Part shown: piece after piece, positions 52,640-64,000 of the stretch
How the letters are laid out: each line of letters starts with the position of its first letter
Numbering within the stretch: position 1 is the stretch's first letter
From: Anaeramoeba ignava BMAN
Lineage: Eukaryota; Protista; Anaeramoebae
NCBI GenBank assembly: GCA_028826165.1
Contig: JAPDFW010000133.1
Span: forward strand, 62,001-126,000
Reading direction: 5' to 3'
DNA length: 64,000 bases
Made by a program: the position numbers and the translations under genes
Notes under the pieces: model-generated
Told to the model about the DNA's origin: nothing
What the model saw: only the letters and a program-made list of their open reading frames with translations
Database searches by the model: none

Positions 52640-54200
52640 TAAATAATAATCTAAATAATAAAAAGAAAATAAATAAAATAAATAATAATCTAAATAATAA
52701 TCTAAATAAATCTAAATAATAATCTAAATAATAATCTAAATAAAAATCTAAATAAAAATCTAAATAATAATCTAAATAATAATTTAAATAATAATCTAAA
52801 TAATAATCTAAATAATAATCTAAATAATAATCTAAATAATAATTAAAATAATAATCTAAATAATAATCTAAATAATAATCTAAATAATAATCTAAATAAT
52901 AATCTAAATAATAATTAAAATAATAAATCTAAATAAAAATTAAATTAAAAATTGAAATAATAATCTAAATAATAATCTAAATAATAATCTAAATAATAAT
53001 CTAAATAATAATCTAAATAATAATCTAAATAATAATTAAAATAATAATCTAAATAATAATCTAAATAATAATCTAAATAATAATCTAAATAATAATTGAA
53101 ATAATAATCTAAATAATAATCTAAATATTAAAATAAATAATAATTTAAATAATAATCTAAATAATAATCTAAATAATAATCTAAATAATAATCTAAATAA
53201 AAATTTGAATAAAATAAAAATCTAAATAATAAATCTAAATAAAAATCTAAATAATAATCTAAATAATAAATCTAAATAATAAATCTAAATAAAAATTTAA
53301 ATAATAATCTAAATAATAAATCTAAATAATAAATCTAAATAATAAATCTAAATAAAAATTTAAATAATAATTGAAATAATAATCTAAATAATAATTGAAA
53401 TAATAATCTAAATAAATCTAAATAAATCTAAATAATAATCTAAATAAAAATCTAAATAATAATTGAAATAATAATCTAAATAATAATCTAAATAATAATC
53501 TAAATAATAATCTAAATAATAATCTAAATAATAATCTAAATAATAATCTAAATAATAATTAAAATAATAATTAAAAATAATAATCTAAATAATAATCTAA
53601 ATAATAATCTAAATAATAATCTAAATAATAATCTAAATAATAATTGAAATATTAAAATAAAAATTGAAATAATAATTTAAATATTAAAATAAATAATAAT
53701 CTAAATAATAATTAAAATAATATTTAAATAAAAATTAAATTAAATAATTGAAATATTTAAATAAAAATTAAATTAAAAATTGAAATAATAATCTAAATAA
53801 TAATCTAAATAATAATCTAAATAATCTAAATAATAATCTAAATAATAATCTAAATAATAATCTAAGAAATAATAATTGAAAAATATCAATAATAATCTAA
53901 ATAATAAATCTAAAATAATAATCTAAATAATAAATCTAAATAATAAATCTAAATAAAAATTTGAATAATAATCTAAATAATAATCTAAATAATAATCTAA
54001 ATAATAATTTAAATAAATCTAAATAATAATTTAAATAAATCTAAATAAATCTAAATAATAATCTAAATAAATCTAAATAATAATCTAAATAATAATTGAA
54101 ATAATAATCTAAATAATAATCTAAATAATAATCTAAATAATAATTTGAATAATAATCTAAATAATAATTTAAATAATAATTGAAAAAAATAAAAATTTAA
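52640..54200. repeat. 12-bp satellite (CTAAATAATAAT)n
   Basis: Regular period between convergent genes. Confidence 0.93.
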
Positions 54201-54534
54201 ATAATAAAAAGAAAATAAAAATTAATTTTGAAAAGATTCATTTATTTTCCTTTTGAAAAAAAAAAGGAAATTACAAAAACAATTTAAAAAAAAAGAAAAA
54301 GAAAAAGAAAAGAAAAGAAAAGAAAAATTTTGTTTTTTTCTGATTTAAAAAAAAAAAAGAAAAGAAAGAAAAAAAGAAAGAAAAAAAAAAAAGAATTTGC
54401 TTCTTTTGAACTTTTCTTTTTAAAATTTTGAATTAAACTTTTCAATTAAAAATTTTGAAATGCTTTTGAATTAAACCAAGTAAGAAGAAAATAACGGAAA
54501 AAAGGAAGAAAAAGAAGAAAAAGTAAAAAGAAAA

Positions 54535-55125
54535 TCACATTAAAGAGCATTTACCAAACAATTTTCTCTTTTTCTTAGTTTTCGTAGTTTTTCCAGTAGT
54601 TTTCTCATCAGTTTTACCGAATTTAACTTTTCTAATTTCTCTAACCAAACCAAAGAAAGCCTCTTCAACATTAATTCTAGTTTTAGCAGAAGTTTCAATA
54701 TAAGGACAACCAAAAGTTTTAGCGAGATCTTGACCTTCACCAGAAGAAACTTGTCTTTCATTTTCAAGATCAGATTTATTACCAACAATAATCATAGGGA
54801 CATGATCTGAATCTTTAACTCTGCAAATTTGCTCTTTAAAAACGGAAACTTCATCAAATGAATTTCTTGAATTGATTGCAAATACGATTAGAAATCCTTC
54901 TCCTGATCTCATATATGAATCTCGCATTGCTGAATATTCTTCTTGTCCTGCTGTGTCTAATATGTCTAATAAACAGATTTCTTCATCGATTTCTACTTGT
55001 CTTCGATAGGAATCTTCTATTGTTGGATCATATTCATCTACAAAGTGTGATTGTACTAATTGAATTGTTAACGCGGATTTTCCTACTCCTCCTCCTCCTA
55101 CAACTACTAATTTATATTCTGTCAT
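54535..55125 (-). CDS. RAS: Ras GTPase, intronless
   Basis: [46 protein letters not shown], polybasic tail and CAAX (CSLM). Confidence 0.97.
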   Translation of the reverse strand: MTEYKLVVVGGGGVGKSALTIQLVQSHFVDEYDPTIEDSYRRQVEIDEEICLLDILDTAGQEEYSAMRDSYMRSGEGFLIVFAINSRNSFDEVSVFKEQICRVKDSDHVPMIIVGNKSDLENERQVSSGEGQDLAKTFGCPYIETSAKTRINVEEAFFGLVREIRKVKFGKTDEKTTGKTTKTKKKRKLFGKCSLM

Positions 55126-55289
55126 TTGTTTTTGTTTTTGTTTTTGTTTTTTTAATTAAAAATTTTTTTTTTGCTTTTTTTTTTAAATTTAAAAATTGAT
55201 AAAAAAAAAATGAAAAATAAAAAATTTTTTTAATTTATGTTTTTTTATATATTTTTTTTTTAATATATTTAATTTATTTTAAAATAGAG

Positions 55290-56885
55290 TTTTATATAAA
55301 ATTAATTAAAAAATTGAATTAAAAAATATAAATAAAATTAATTAAAATTAATAATAATTTATTTATAATTTATTTTTAAATCTATTTTTAAATAAATTTT
55401 AAATTAAATATTAATTAATTATTTATTCTAAAATTTATATAAAATTAATTAAAAAATTAAATTAAAAAATATAAATAATTTTAATTAAAATTAATAATAA
55501 TTTATTTATAATTTATTTTTAAATCTATTTTTATAAATTTTAAATTAAATATTAATTAATTATTTATTCCAAAATTTATATAAAATTAATTAAAAATTAA
55601 ATTAAAAATATAAATAATTTTAATTAAAATTAACAATAATTTATTTATAATTTATTTTTAAATCTATTTTTAAATTATTTTTAAATTAAATATTAATTAA
55701 TTATTTATTCCAAAATTTATTTAAAATTAATTAAAAATTAAATTAAAAATATAAATAAATTTTAATTAAAATTAATAATAATTTATTTATAATTTATTTT
55801 TAAATCTATTTTTAAATTAATTTTAAATTTAAATATTAATTATTTATTTATTCCAAAATTAATATAAAATTAATTAAAAATTGAATTAAAAATATAAATA
55901 ATTTTAATTAAAATTAATAATAATTTATTTATAATTTATTTTTGAATCTATTTTTAAATTAATTTCAAATTAAATATTAATTATTTATTTATTCCAAAAT
56001 TAATATAAAATTAATTAAAAATTAAATTAAAAATATAAATAATTTTAATTATAATTAATAATAATTTATTTATAATTTATTTTTAAATCTATATTTTTAA
56101 ATAAATTTTAAATTTAAATATTAATTATTTATTTATTCTAAAATTTATATAAAATTAATTAAAAATTAAATTAAAAATATAAATAATTTTAATTAAAAAT
56201 TAATAATAATTTATTTATAATTTATTTTTAAATCTATTTTTAAATTAATTTCAAATTAAATATTAATTATTTATTTATTCTAAAATTTATATAAAATTAA
56301 TTAAAAATTAAAAGAAAATATAAATAAATTTAATTAAAATTAATAATAATTTATTTATAATTTATTTTTAAATCTATTTTTAAATTAATTTTAAATTAAA
56401 TATTAATTAATTATTTATTCCAAAATTAATATAAAATTAATTAAAAATTAAATTAAAAATATAAATAAAATTAATTAAAAAATTAATAATAATTTATTTA
56501 TAATTTATTTTTAATTCTATTTTTAAATAAATTTTAAATTAAATATTAATTAATTATTTATTTCAAAATTAATATAAAATTAATTAAAAAATTAAATTAA
56601 AAAATATAAATAAATTTAATTATAATTAATAATAATTTATTTATAATTTATTTTTAAATCTATTTTTAAATAAATTTTAAATTTAATATTAATTATTTAT
56701 TTATTTCAAAATTTATATAAAATTAATTAAAAAATTAAATTAAAAAATATAAATAATTTTAATTAAAATTAATAATAATTTATTTATAATTTATTTTTAA
56801 ATCTATTTTTAAATAAATTTTAAATTAAATATTAATTAATTACTTATTCTAAAATTTATATAAAATTAATTAAAAATTAAAAAGA
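55290..56885. repeat. Tandem array of a ~141 bp unit, ~11 copies
   Basis: AAATCTATTTT recurs at ~55378, 55521, 55660, 55802, 55945, 56086, 56230, 56370, 56513, 56656, 56799. Confidence 0.93.
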
Positions 56886-56935
56886 AAATATTTTTTTTTA
56901 AGATTTTTTTGGTTTTCATTTTTTTTTTCTTTTAA

Positions 56936-58053
56936 ATGAATTATTGGGATTATTTAGGAAAAAATTTTGATTCAGAAACGCCAATTGAAATTCTTGAAGA
57001 ATTATTGAAAGAATCAAAAGAAGAACTTAAAGAAATAGAAGAAATTTTAGAAGAAGATGATCCCAAATTAAATGAAAGTAAAAAAAATATAAATAAAAAA
57101 ATATAAATAAAATCTAAAAAGAAAAAATTAATTCAAAAAAAAAACAGAAGCAACAAAAGAAGAACTTGAAGGATTTGGGGTTTTTGAAGCACCAGAATTT
57201 TGTGTACCAATAAAATGTGATGTTAGAGAATTTGATTGGGAAAAATTAGCAAAAGAAGGACCATTTGATGCAATAATTGCTGATCCACCTTGGCGATTAG
57301 CAGTAAATATTTATTTTCAAAACTTTTCCAAATTTTTAAATAAAAAATTTTTTCCGTTATTTTTGACATTTTTTTTTGAATTATTTTTTGAATTATTTTT
57401 TGAATTAATTTTTGAATTATTTTTTGAATTAATTTTTGAATTATTTTTTGAATTAATTTTTGAATTATTTTTTGAATTATTTTTTGAATTATTTTAGGGT
57501 CCAAATCCAACTCGTGGTGTTCATATTGGTTATGATACTTTAACTGATAATGAAATTGCTTCTATTGGTGTTCCTCTTTTACAGAAAGATGGATATCTTG
57601 TTTTTTTGGACTGTAAATTCAAGATTTCAATGGACAGTTCAATTGTTAAATAATTGGGGTTATCGGTAAATAAAAATTTTTGTTCCACTTTTTGATTATT
57701 TTGATTATTTTTTTAATTTTTTAATTTTTTTATTTTTTTTAATTTTTTAATTTTTTAGTTTGGAAACAACAATTGAATGGATTAAAATGGGAAATAGTGG
57801 AAGAATTGCTAAAGGAAATGGTTATTATTTACAACATAGTAAAGAAACCTGCCTTGTAGGAATCAAAGGAAATCCAAAACCAAAAGAATATCCAATAGAT
57901 GTAATTGTTTATCCAAGAAGAGGACAAAGTCAAAAACCAAATACTCTTTATGAAATGGTTGAAAAAATGTATCCAAATGGAAAATATTTAGAAATTTTTG
58001 CAAGAAGAAATAATTTAAGAAATTTTTGGATTTCAATCGGAATTGAATTCTAA
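56936..58053 (+). CDS. AMT1: MT-A70 family methyltransferase of the AMT1/MTA1 (DNA N6-adenine) type; exons ~56936-57077, 57148-57302, 57498-57665, 57759-58053
   Basis: CVPIKCDV, IIADPPWRL, PTRGVHIGY, LQKDGY, WGY, IAKGNGYYLQHSKETCLVGIKG, RRGQSQKP, YLEIFARRNNL..WISIG. One extra T in the T7 run at 57601-57607. Confidence 0.88.
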
Positions 58054-58172
58054 ATTTTTTTTTTTTTGCTTTTTTATTTTTGTTCCACTTTTTTTTTTCA
58101 AATAGACTTTTTCTTTTTCAATTTTTTTTTTTTCATTTTTTTTCTTTTCTTAAAAGAAAATTTTAATTAAAA

Positions 58173-61100
58173 ATGAATCAACTTCCAATTAAAACAAAAT
58201 ATCAATGGGTTTTTGTTGATGTTGTTTCTAGACCAAAAAAAACAAATGTAAATAAATCTATTTAAAAAGATAAAAATTTAAAAAGATAAAAAATTTAAAT
58301 GAAAAATTTTAAAATGAAAAAAATTTTAAAATGAAAAATTTTCTTTTGCTTTATAAATAAAGTATCATAGTATGGATCAATACAAGAATAGTATTTGGGT
58401 TTTTGGAGGATTTAATAAAGGAGAAGGAACAGATACTCTTTGGTGTTTTGATGGTATTTTATTATTTCAAAAAAAATGATCTCAAAAAAAATTAATTTTC
58501 AAAAAAAAAAATCATTTAAAAATTCAACTTTAAAAAAAAAAAATTTTTTTTAATCATAAAGGAAAATGGAGATTGATACAACCAAAAGGAGAAATTCCTT
58601 CACCAAGATATTACCATAAAATTGTAGTACTTAATGATAATCTTTATTTATTTGGAGGATGCACAAAAACTCAAGAAATTATTGGAGATTTTTATTCATT
58701 TTCATTTAGTAATTTATCATTTACTTTATTTATCATCAAAAAAATCAATAACAAACAAACTAAGCAAGAAAACAAAAACACTCTTTTTTATGTGATTTAA
58801 TTTTTTATATGGTTTTAAAATTGGTAAATGAATGAATAGAAACTGAAAAATGGCAAAAAAAAAACTCAAAAAACATGCCAATTCCAAGAAAATCACACAC
58901 TTTAATAAGATATTTAAACTCATTAATTCTGCATGGAGGTTGTTCCCAAGAATCAACCATTTTGAATGATGTTCATATTTATGATCCTTTAACTGACAGT
59001 TGGAGAGAAATCAAAGCAGAAGGTCAAACAACTCCACTTCCTCGACATCTCCATACAAGTATAATCATAAATAACGATATGTAAATCAAAAACATTATTT
59101 GAGAAACAAAAATCAACTTAATTGATCTTTTATTCAAATTTTTATTTCCATTTGATTGAATTATTGCTTCTTATAATTTCAAAATTAATTCCCATTTTAA
59201 TCATTATTTTTTTTTTCTCCATTTTTTTCCTTGAATTTATTTCAAAATTAAGGTGGGTTTTTGGAGGAACTTCTGGTGTTGTTAGACTTGGTAATTTATA
59301 TAGATTTGAAATTCCTACTTCAACTTGGCATGAAATTCAAATTGATGGAATTATTCCATCTCCAAGAAGAGATCACACAATGGTTCATCATAATGGAAAA
59401 ATTTGGTTTTTTGGAGGTATTTAATTAAAATTAAAATTAAAATCCAAATTAAATTTAAAATCTAAATTAAAATTAAAATCTAAATTAAAATTAAAATCAA
59501 AATTCAAAATTAAAATTAAATTTAAATTAAAATTAAAATTAAAATTAAAATTAAATTAAAATTAAAATTAAAATTAAAATTAAAATTAAAATCAAAATTA
59601 AAATTAAATTTAAAATTAAAATTAAAATTAAAAATTAAAATTAAAATCAAAATTTAAATTAAAATTAAAATTAAAATTAAAATTAAAATCAAAATTAAAA
59701 TCAAAATTAAAATTAAAATTAAAATTAAAATTAAATTTAAAATTAAAATTAAAATTCAAAATTAAAATTAAAATTAAAATCAAAATTAAAATCAAAATTA
59801 AAATTCAATTTGAAATTTTTCTAGGATTTCGATCCAAACCAATGAATGAATTATGGAGTTATGATACAGTTTCAAATAGTTGGACAGAATATATTCAACA
59901 TGGAGCTATTCCTTGTGCTAGACATCACCATTCAGGATGTTTAGTTCAAAACAATCAAATGGTTATTTTTGGAGGTTGGGATGGACATGTTTTAGATGAT
60001 CTTCATGCTCTCAAAATTCCTAAAAAACCAATTACACATTTTCAAATTTCTAGAATTTCTCAAGCAATGAAAGAATTATTATATTCACAAAAATATTGTG
60101 ATTTAAAAATTAAAGGAATTGATGGTGTTTATGGAGCTCATAAATGTTTAATTGAATGTAGATGCAAATCATTTTGGAATTTGGAAAATCAAAATGAAAA
60201 TCAAAATGAAAATAATGAAAATCAAAATAATGAAAATCAAAATGAAAATCAAAATAATGAAAATCAAAATAATGAAAATCAAAATAATGAAAATCAAAAT
60301 AATCAAATTCAAAATAATGAAAATCAAAATGAAAATCAAATTCAAAATGAAAATAATGAAAATTTAAATTTAAAAGAAAATAATGAAAATCAAAATATTG
60401 AAAAGGAAAATCAAAATATTGAAAAGGAAAATCAAAATATTGAAAAGGAAAATCAAAATATTGAAAAGGAAAAACAAAAAATTTACCAAAAATTTCTTGC
60501 TCTTTGTTCAAATCAACCAAAGAAAATTATTATGATTATTCTTCATTTTATTTATACTGATGAAATTTTAATTGCTCATGATATTGAAGACACAAAAACT
60601 GATCCTGATCCTGAAGATAAAAACAATAAACCTCCTCAAATTTTAAAACCATTAAATATGCAAGAATTACAAACAATTTTACAAATTTCTGAGGTTCTTG
60701 GATTGAAAAGATTAGTTCGAAGATGCTCAATAAAAATATTATCACTTGTTAATAACAACAATTTAATTCAAACATTAAACCAATTATATCAAAAAGAAAT
60801 CAAATCCAAAAATTTACGAGCTTTATTACTTAATAAAGCAAAACAAGCACAAGAAGAAATTTCTAAACAGGAAGAAAATCTTCGTTTAATTGAAAAAAAA
60901 GATTTGTTAGTTGATCTAATTAAAATAATTTGTTCTCAACAAAAACTTCCAGTTAAAAAATACACAAAAGATACTTCATCTTTAGTTCAAGATTTTTCTC
61001 GTTTGTTTAAAAATATTCGTGTTTTTAGATCACAAGAAATTCAGAAAAAAGAAGAAATTGTTTTCCCTCATCAAAACCATTCTCAAGTGAATCGTAAAAA

Positions 61101-62052
61101 AACAAAGAAGAAAAAACTTTCATCTCAAGAGAAAAAAAAGATTCAACAGAAAATGATTGAACAAGATGAATATTTATATGCAGATTTAAACTATTTTAAA
61201 CCAAATCCAGAAAATGATTCAAATCAAGAAGAAAATGATCCAAATATTTTCATTCATTTTGATAATGATATCAATTCACAAAAGTTTGAAAAAGTTCTTG
61301 GAAAATCTTTATCAGAAAAAAACAAGTCAGATTCAAGTTTGGATTTTATTTTGAAAGTTTCTGATGGAGAAATTCATGTTCATCGAGCTATTATAATTGT
61401 TTTAAGTGAATTATTTTCAAGATTTGTGAATACTTTAGTTGGAAAAGATTTGAAGAAATTGGGATCTAATTTATCAAATGAAAATTTAAATGAAAATTTA
61501 AATGAAAATTTGAATGAAAATTTGAATGAAAATTTGAATGAAAATCAAATTTTAAATCAAAATCAAATTGAAAATTCAAATGATAATGATATTAATACCT
61601 TAATTAAAGAAAATCAAACTCAATTAATTAACAAAACAAACTTAAAACTAAATGAAGATGAAGAAATATCCATTTTTAATGATCGAGGAGATTGGGAAAT
61701 TGAAACTATTTATGCTTTAATGAGATTTATTTATACTGGATCATATTATCATTTAAATTATGATCTTGCTTTTAAATTAATTGGAGCTTGTAGTTATTTT
61801 GGATTAAAAGATGATTCACTTAATCATGTTTGTTTTATGATTTTGAAACAAATTGTGAATGAGGAAAATGTTCTTAAATTACTTGATAAAGCTGAAATAT
61901 ATCGTATTGAAGAATTGAAACAATTTTCTATGAGATTTTTAAGAAAATTTGCTCCTCAAGTTTTAACAAAAGAAAATATTTCAAGAATTTCTGATGTTGA
62001 TTTACTTCGTGATATAATTGAAATTGTTGCTACTCAAAAATCAACAAATTAA
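58173..62052 (+). CDS. Kelch-repeat plus tandem BTB protein (LZTR1-like), ~6 exons
   Basis: Kelch repeats (PSPRYYH..LYLFGG, PIPRKSH..LHGG, PSPRRDH..WFFGG, PCARHHH..IFGG) and two BTBs (YCDL..AHKCLIECRC; LDFIL..HVHRAII). GT-AG introns are in phase. Confidence 0.88.
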
Positions 62053-62539
62053 TTCATTTAAAAAAACAAAAAACAGAACAAAAAATCTTTTTATTTTTTA
62101 TTTTTTTAAAAGAATTTTAAATTTGAATTTGATTTTTGATTTTTATTTTGATTTTGATTTTGAATTTGATTTTAATTTTGATTTTGAATTTGATTTTAAT
62201 TTTAATTTTAATTTTGATTTTGATCTTGTTTTTGAATTTGATTTTGATTTTGATTTTGATTTTGAATTTAATTTTGATTTTCATTTTGATTTTGAATTTG
62301 ATTTTAATTTTAATTTTAAATTTGATTTTGATTTTAATTTTAATTTTAATTTTCGATTTTGAATTTAATCTTGTTTTTCATTTTGATTTTCATTTTGATT
62401 TTCATTTTGTTTTTCATCTTGAATTTCATCTTTATTTTCATCTTGATTTTCATTTTGATTTTCATTTTGATTTTCATTTTGATTTTAATTTTCATTTTGA
62501 ATTTGATTTTGAATTTGATTTTTGATTTTCATTTTGAAT

Positions 62540-64000
62540 TTAATTTTGATTTTCTTCTTGAATTTCATTTTGATTTTCATTTTGATTTTCATTTTGATTT
62601 TCATTTTGATTTTCATTTTGATTTTCATTTTGATTTTCATTTTGTTTTTCATTTTGATTTTCTTCTTGTTTTTCATTTTGATTTTCATCTTGTTTTTCAT
62701 TTTGTTTTTCATTTTGATTTTCATTTTGATTTTCTTCTTGATTTTGGTTTGCATTTTCTTTTGGTTTACATGTTCTACACATTGGTAAATTCCATTCTTT
62801 TTTTGTAACTTTAATATCAGGAGAAAATTCACTAACAATACTACGAACTTCTTTAATTACTTCTTCATAACCTTCAGGTTTAAAAGGAATATCACTTGTA
62901 AAATAAACATTTTTCAAATTATCTATTTTTCTTGAATTTGGAATTCTTGAAATACAAGTAAAATATCCTCCCCAAATTACTTGTGGTTTATCTTCACTTT
63001 TTTCATCTAAACTAAATAATTCATTTATAATAGGTTTTAAATGTTCTTCTGCTGAAATGTTTTCTTCACAAATTGTAGATATATGAACAACAACTATTTT
63101 ATCAAATCAAAACAATTTTTAATTTTGATTTTTGATTTTAATTTTAATTTTAATTTAATTTTAATTTTAATTTTAATTTTGATTTTAATTTTAATTTTGA
63201 TTTTGATTTTAATTTTAATTTTAATTTTAATTTTAATTTTAATTTTAATTTTAATTTTAATTTTAATTTTAATTTTAATTTTAATTTTAATTTTAATTTT
63301 AATTTTAATTTTAATTTTAATTTTAATTTTAATTTTAATTTTAATTTTAATTTTAATTTTAATTTTGAATTTTTAATTTTAATTTTGAATTTTAATTTTA
63401 ATTTTAATTTTAATTTTAATTTTAATTTTAATTTTAATTTTAATTTTAATTTTAATTTTAATTTTGAAATAAATTTTAATTTTAATTTTGAAATAAATTT
63501 TAATTTTAAATAAAAATAAAAGCTACATAAATCTCTTGGAGAAGCTTCAAAAGAAAAACCTGTTTGAAGAACATGAATAGAACTCTTAAAGGAATTTGAA
63601 GGGGGAATAACAAGAATGGAAGAATTTTCTTCTTGAGAAAAAAGAGATCTATCTGTAATTAAAATAGATCTTGAAATAAATTGGTGAGAAAAACGATGAA
63701 TAGGATTTTTAGAGTTATCAAGAATAAGATAAGAAGGGGATAAAAAGAGGGAATTTGAACGAATAATTCTTCCAGAAGAATCAACAATGCCTAAAAATTG
63801 ATGATTATTTTTATCAACAATAATTTTTTGGATTCCATTGCTTAAAATAAAAGTAGCTCCATAAACAGCTGAAAGTCGTGAAAATGCTTGAGTATATTCA
63901 CTACATCCATAAAGACACCAAAGTAATGGTGTTTCTCTATTAAATCTTGCTTGTGAATCTAAATATCTTGATATCAATCTTAATCCTTCTTTTGTTTTTA
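62540..64000 (-). CDS. Rab escort protein / GDI-family protein, 3' part (truncated at the window end)
   Basis: YLDSQARFNRETPLLWCLYGCSEYTQAFSRLSAVYGATFIL, ISRSILITDRSL. Intron ~63526-63094 is filled with (AAAATT)n. The end of the acidic low-complexity tail is uncertain. Confidence 0.8.

Overview
Extremely AT-rich, intron-rich eukaryotic nuclear DNA using the standard code and GT-AG introns. The BTB/RCC1/TLDc/Kelch genes and the N/Q/E microsatellite-coded tracts resemble an anaerobic amoeboid protist such as Anaeramoeba; this is inference only. About 17 protein genes and one tRNA-Thr(TGT) sit among kilobase-long AT satellites (6-16 bp units and 140-165 bp units) that fill introns and intergenic spaces. 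Genes: RPL27, ATG4, two RhoGAPs, a PP2A-family phosphatase, a Zator-transposase-derived ORF, a Rab5-group GTPase, BTB-BACK-TLDc, a giant ST7-like/TPR/RRM gene, RCC1-BTB, YJU2, TAF9, Ras, an AMT1/MTA1-type MT-A70 methyltransferase, an LZTR1-like Kelch-BTB gene, a Rab escort protein and an unidentified Pro-rich gene. Highlights: (1) a 27-nt inverted repeat that could loop the 2.4-kb satellite out of YJU2 intron 1; (2) an intact but catalytically degenerate Zator-type transposase with an HMG-like N-terminus; (3) a talin F0/F1-RhoGAP-SH3 fusion; (4) a PP2A-family protein with GNYVDRG and a DYFQ tail, plus an apparently missing exon; (5) the AMT1 6mA writer; (6) nucleosome-length tandem arrays at gene 5' ends. 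Several 1-nt frameshifts in homopolymers suggest consensus errors. All family calls come from motif recognition, not database searches.
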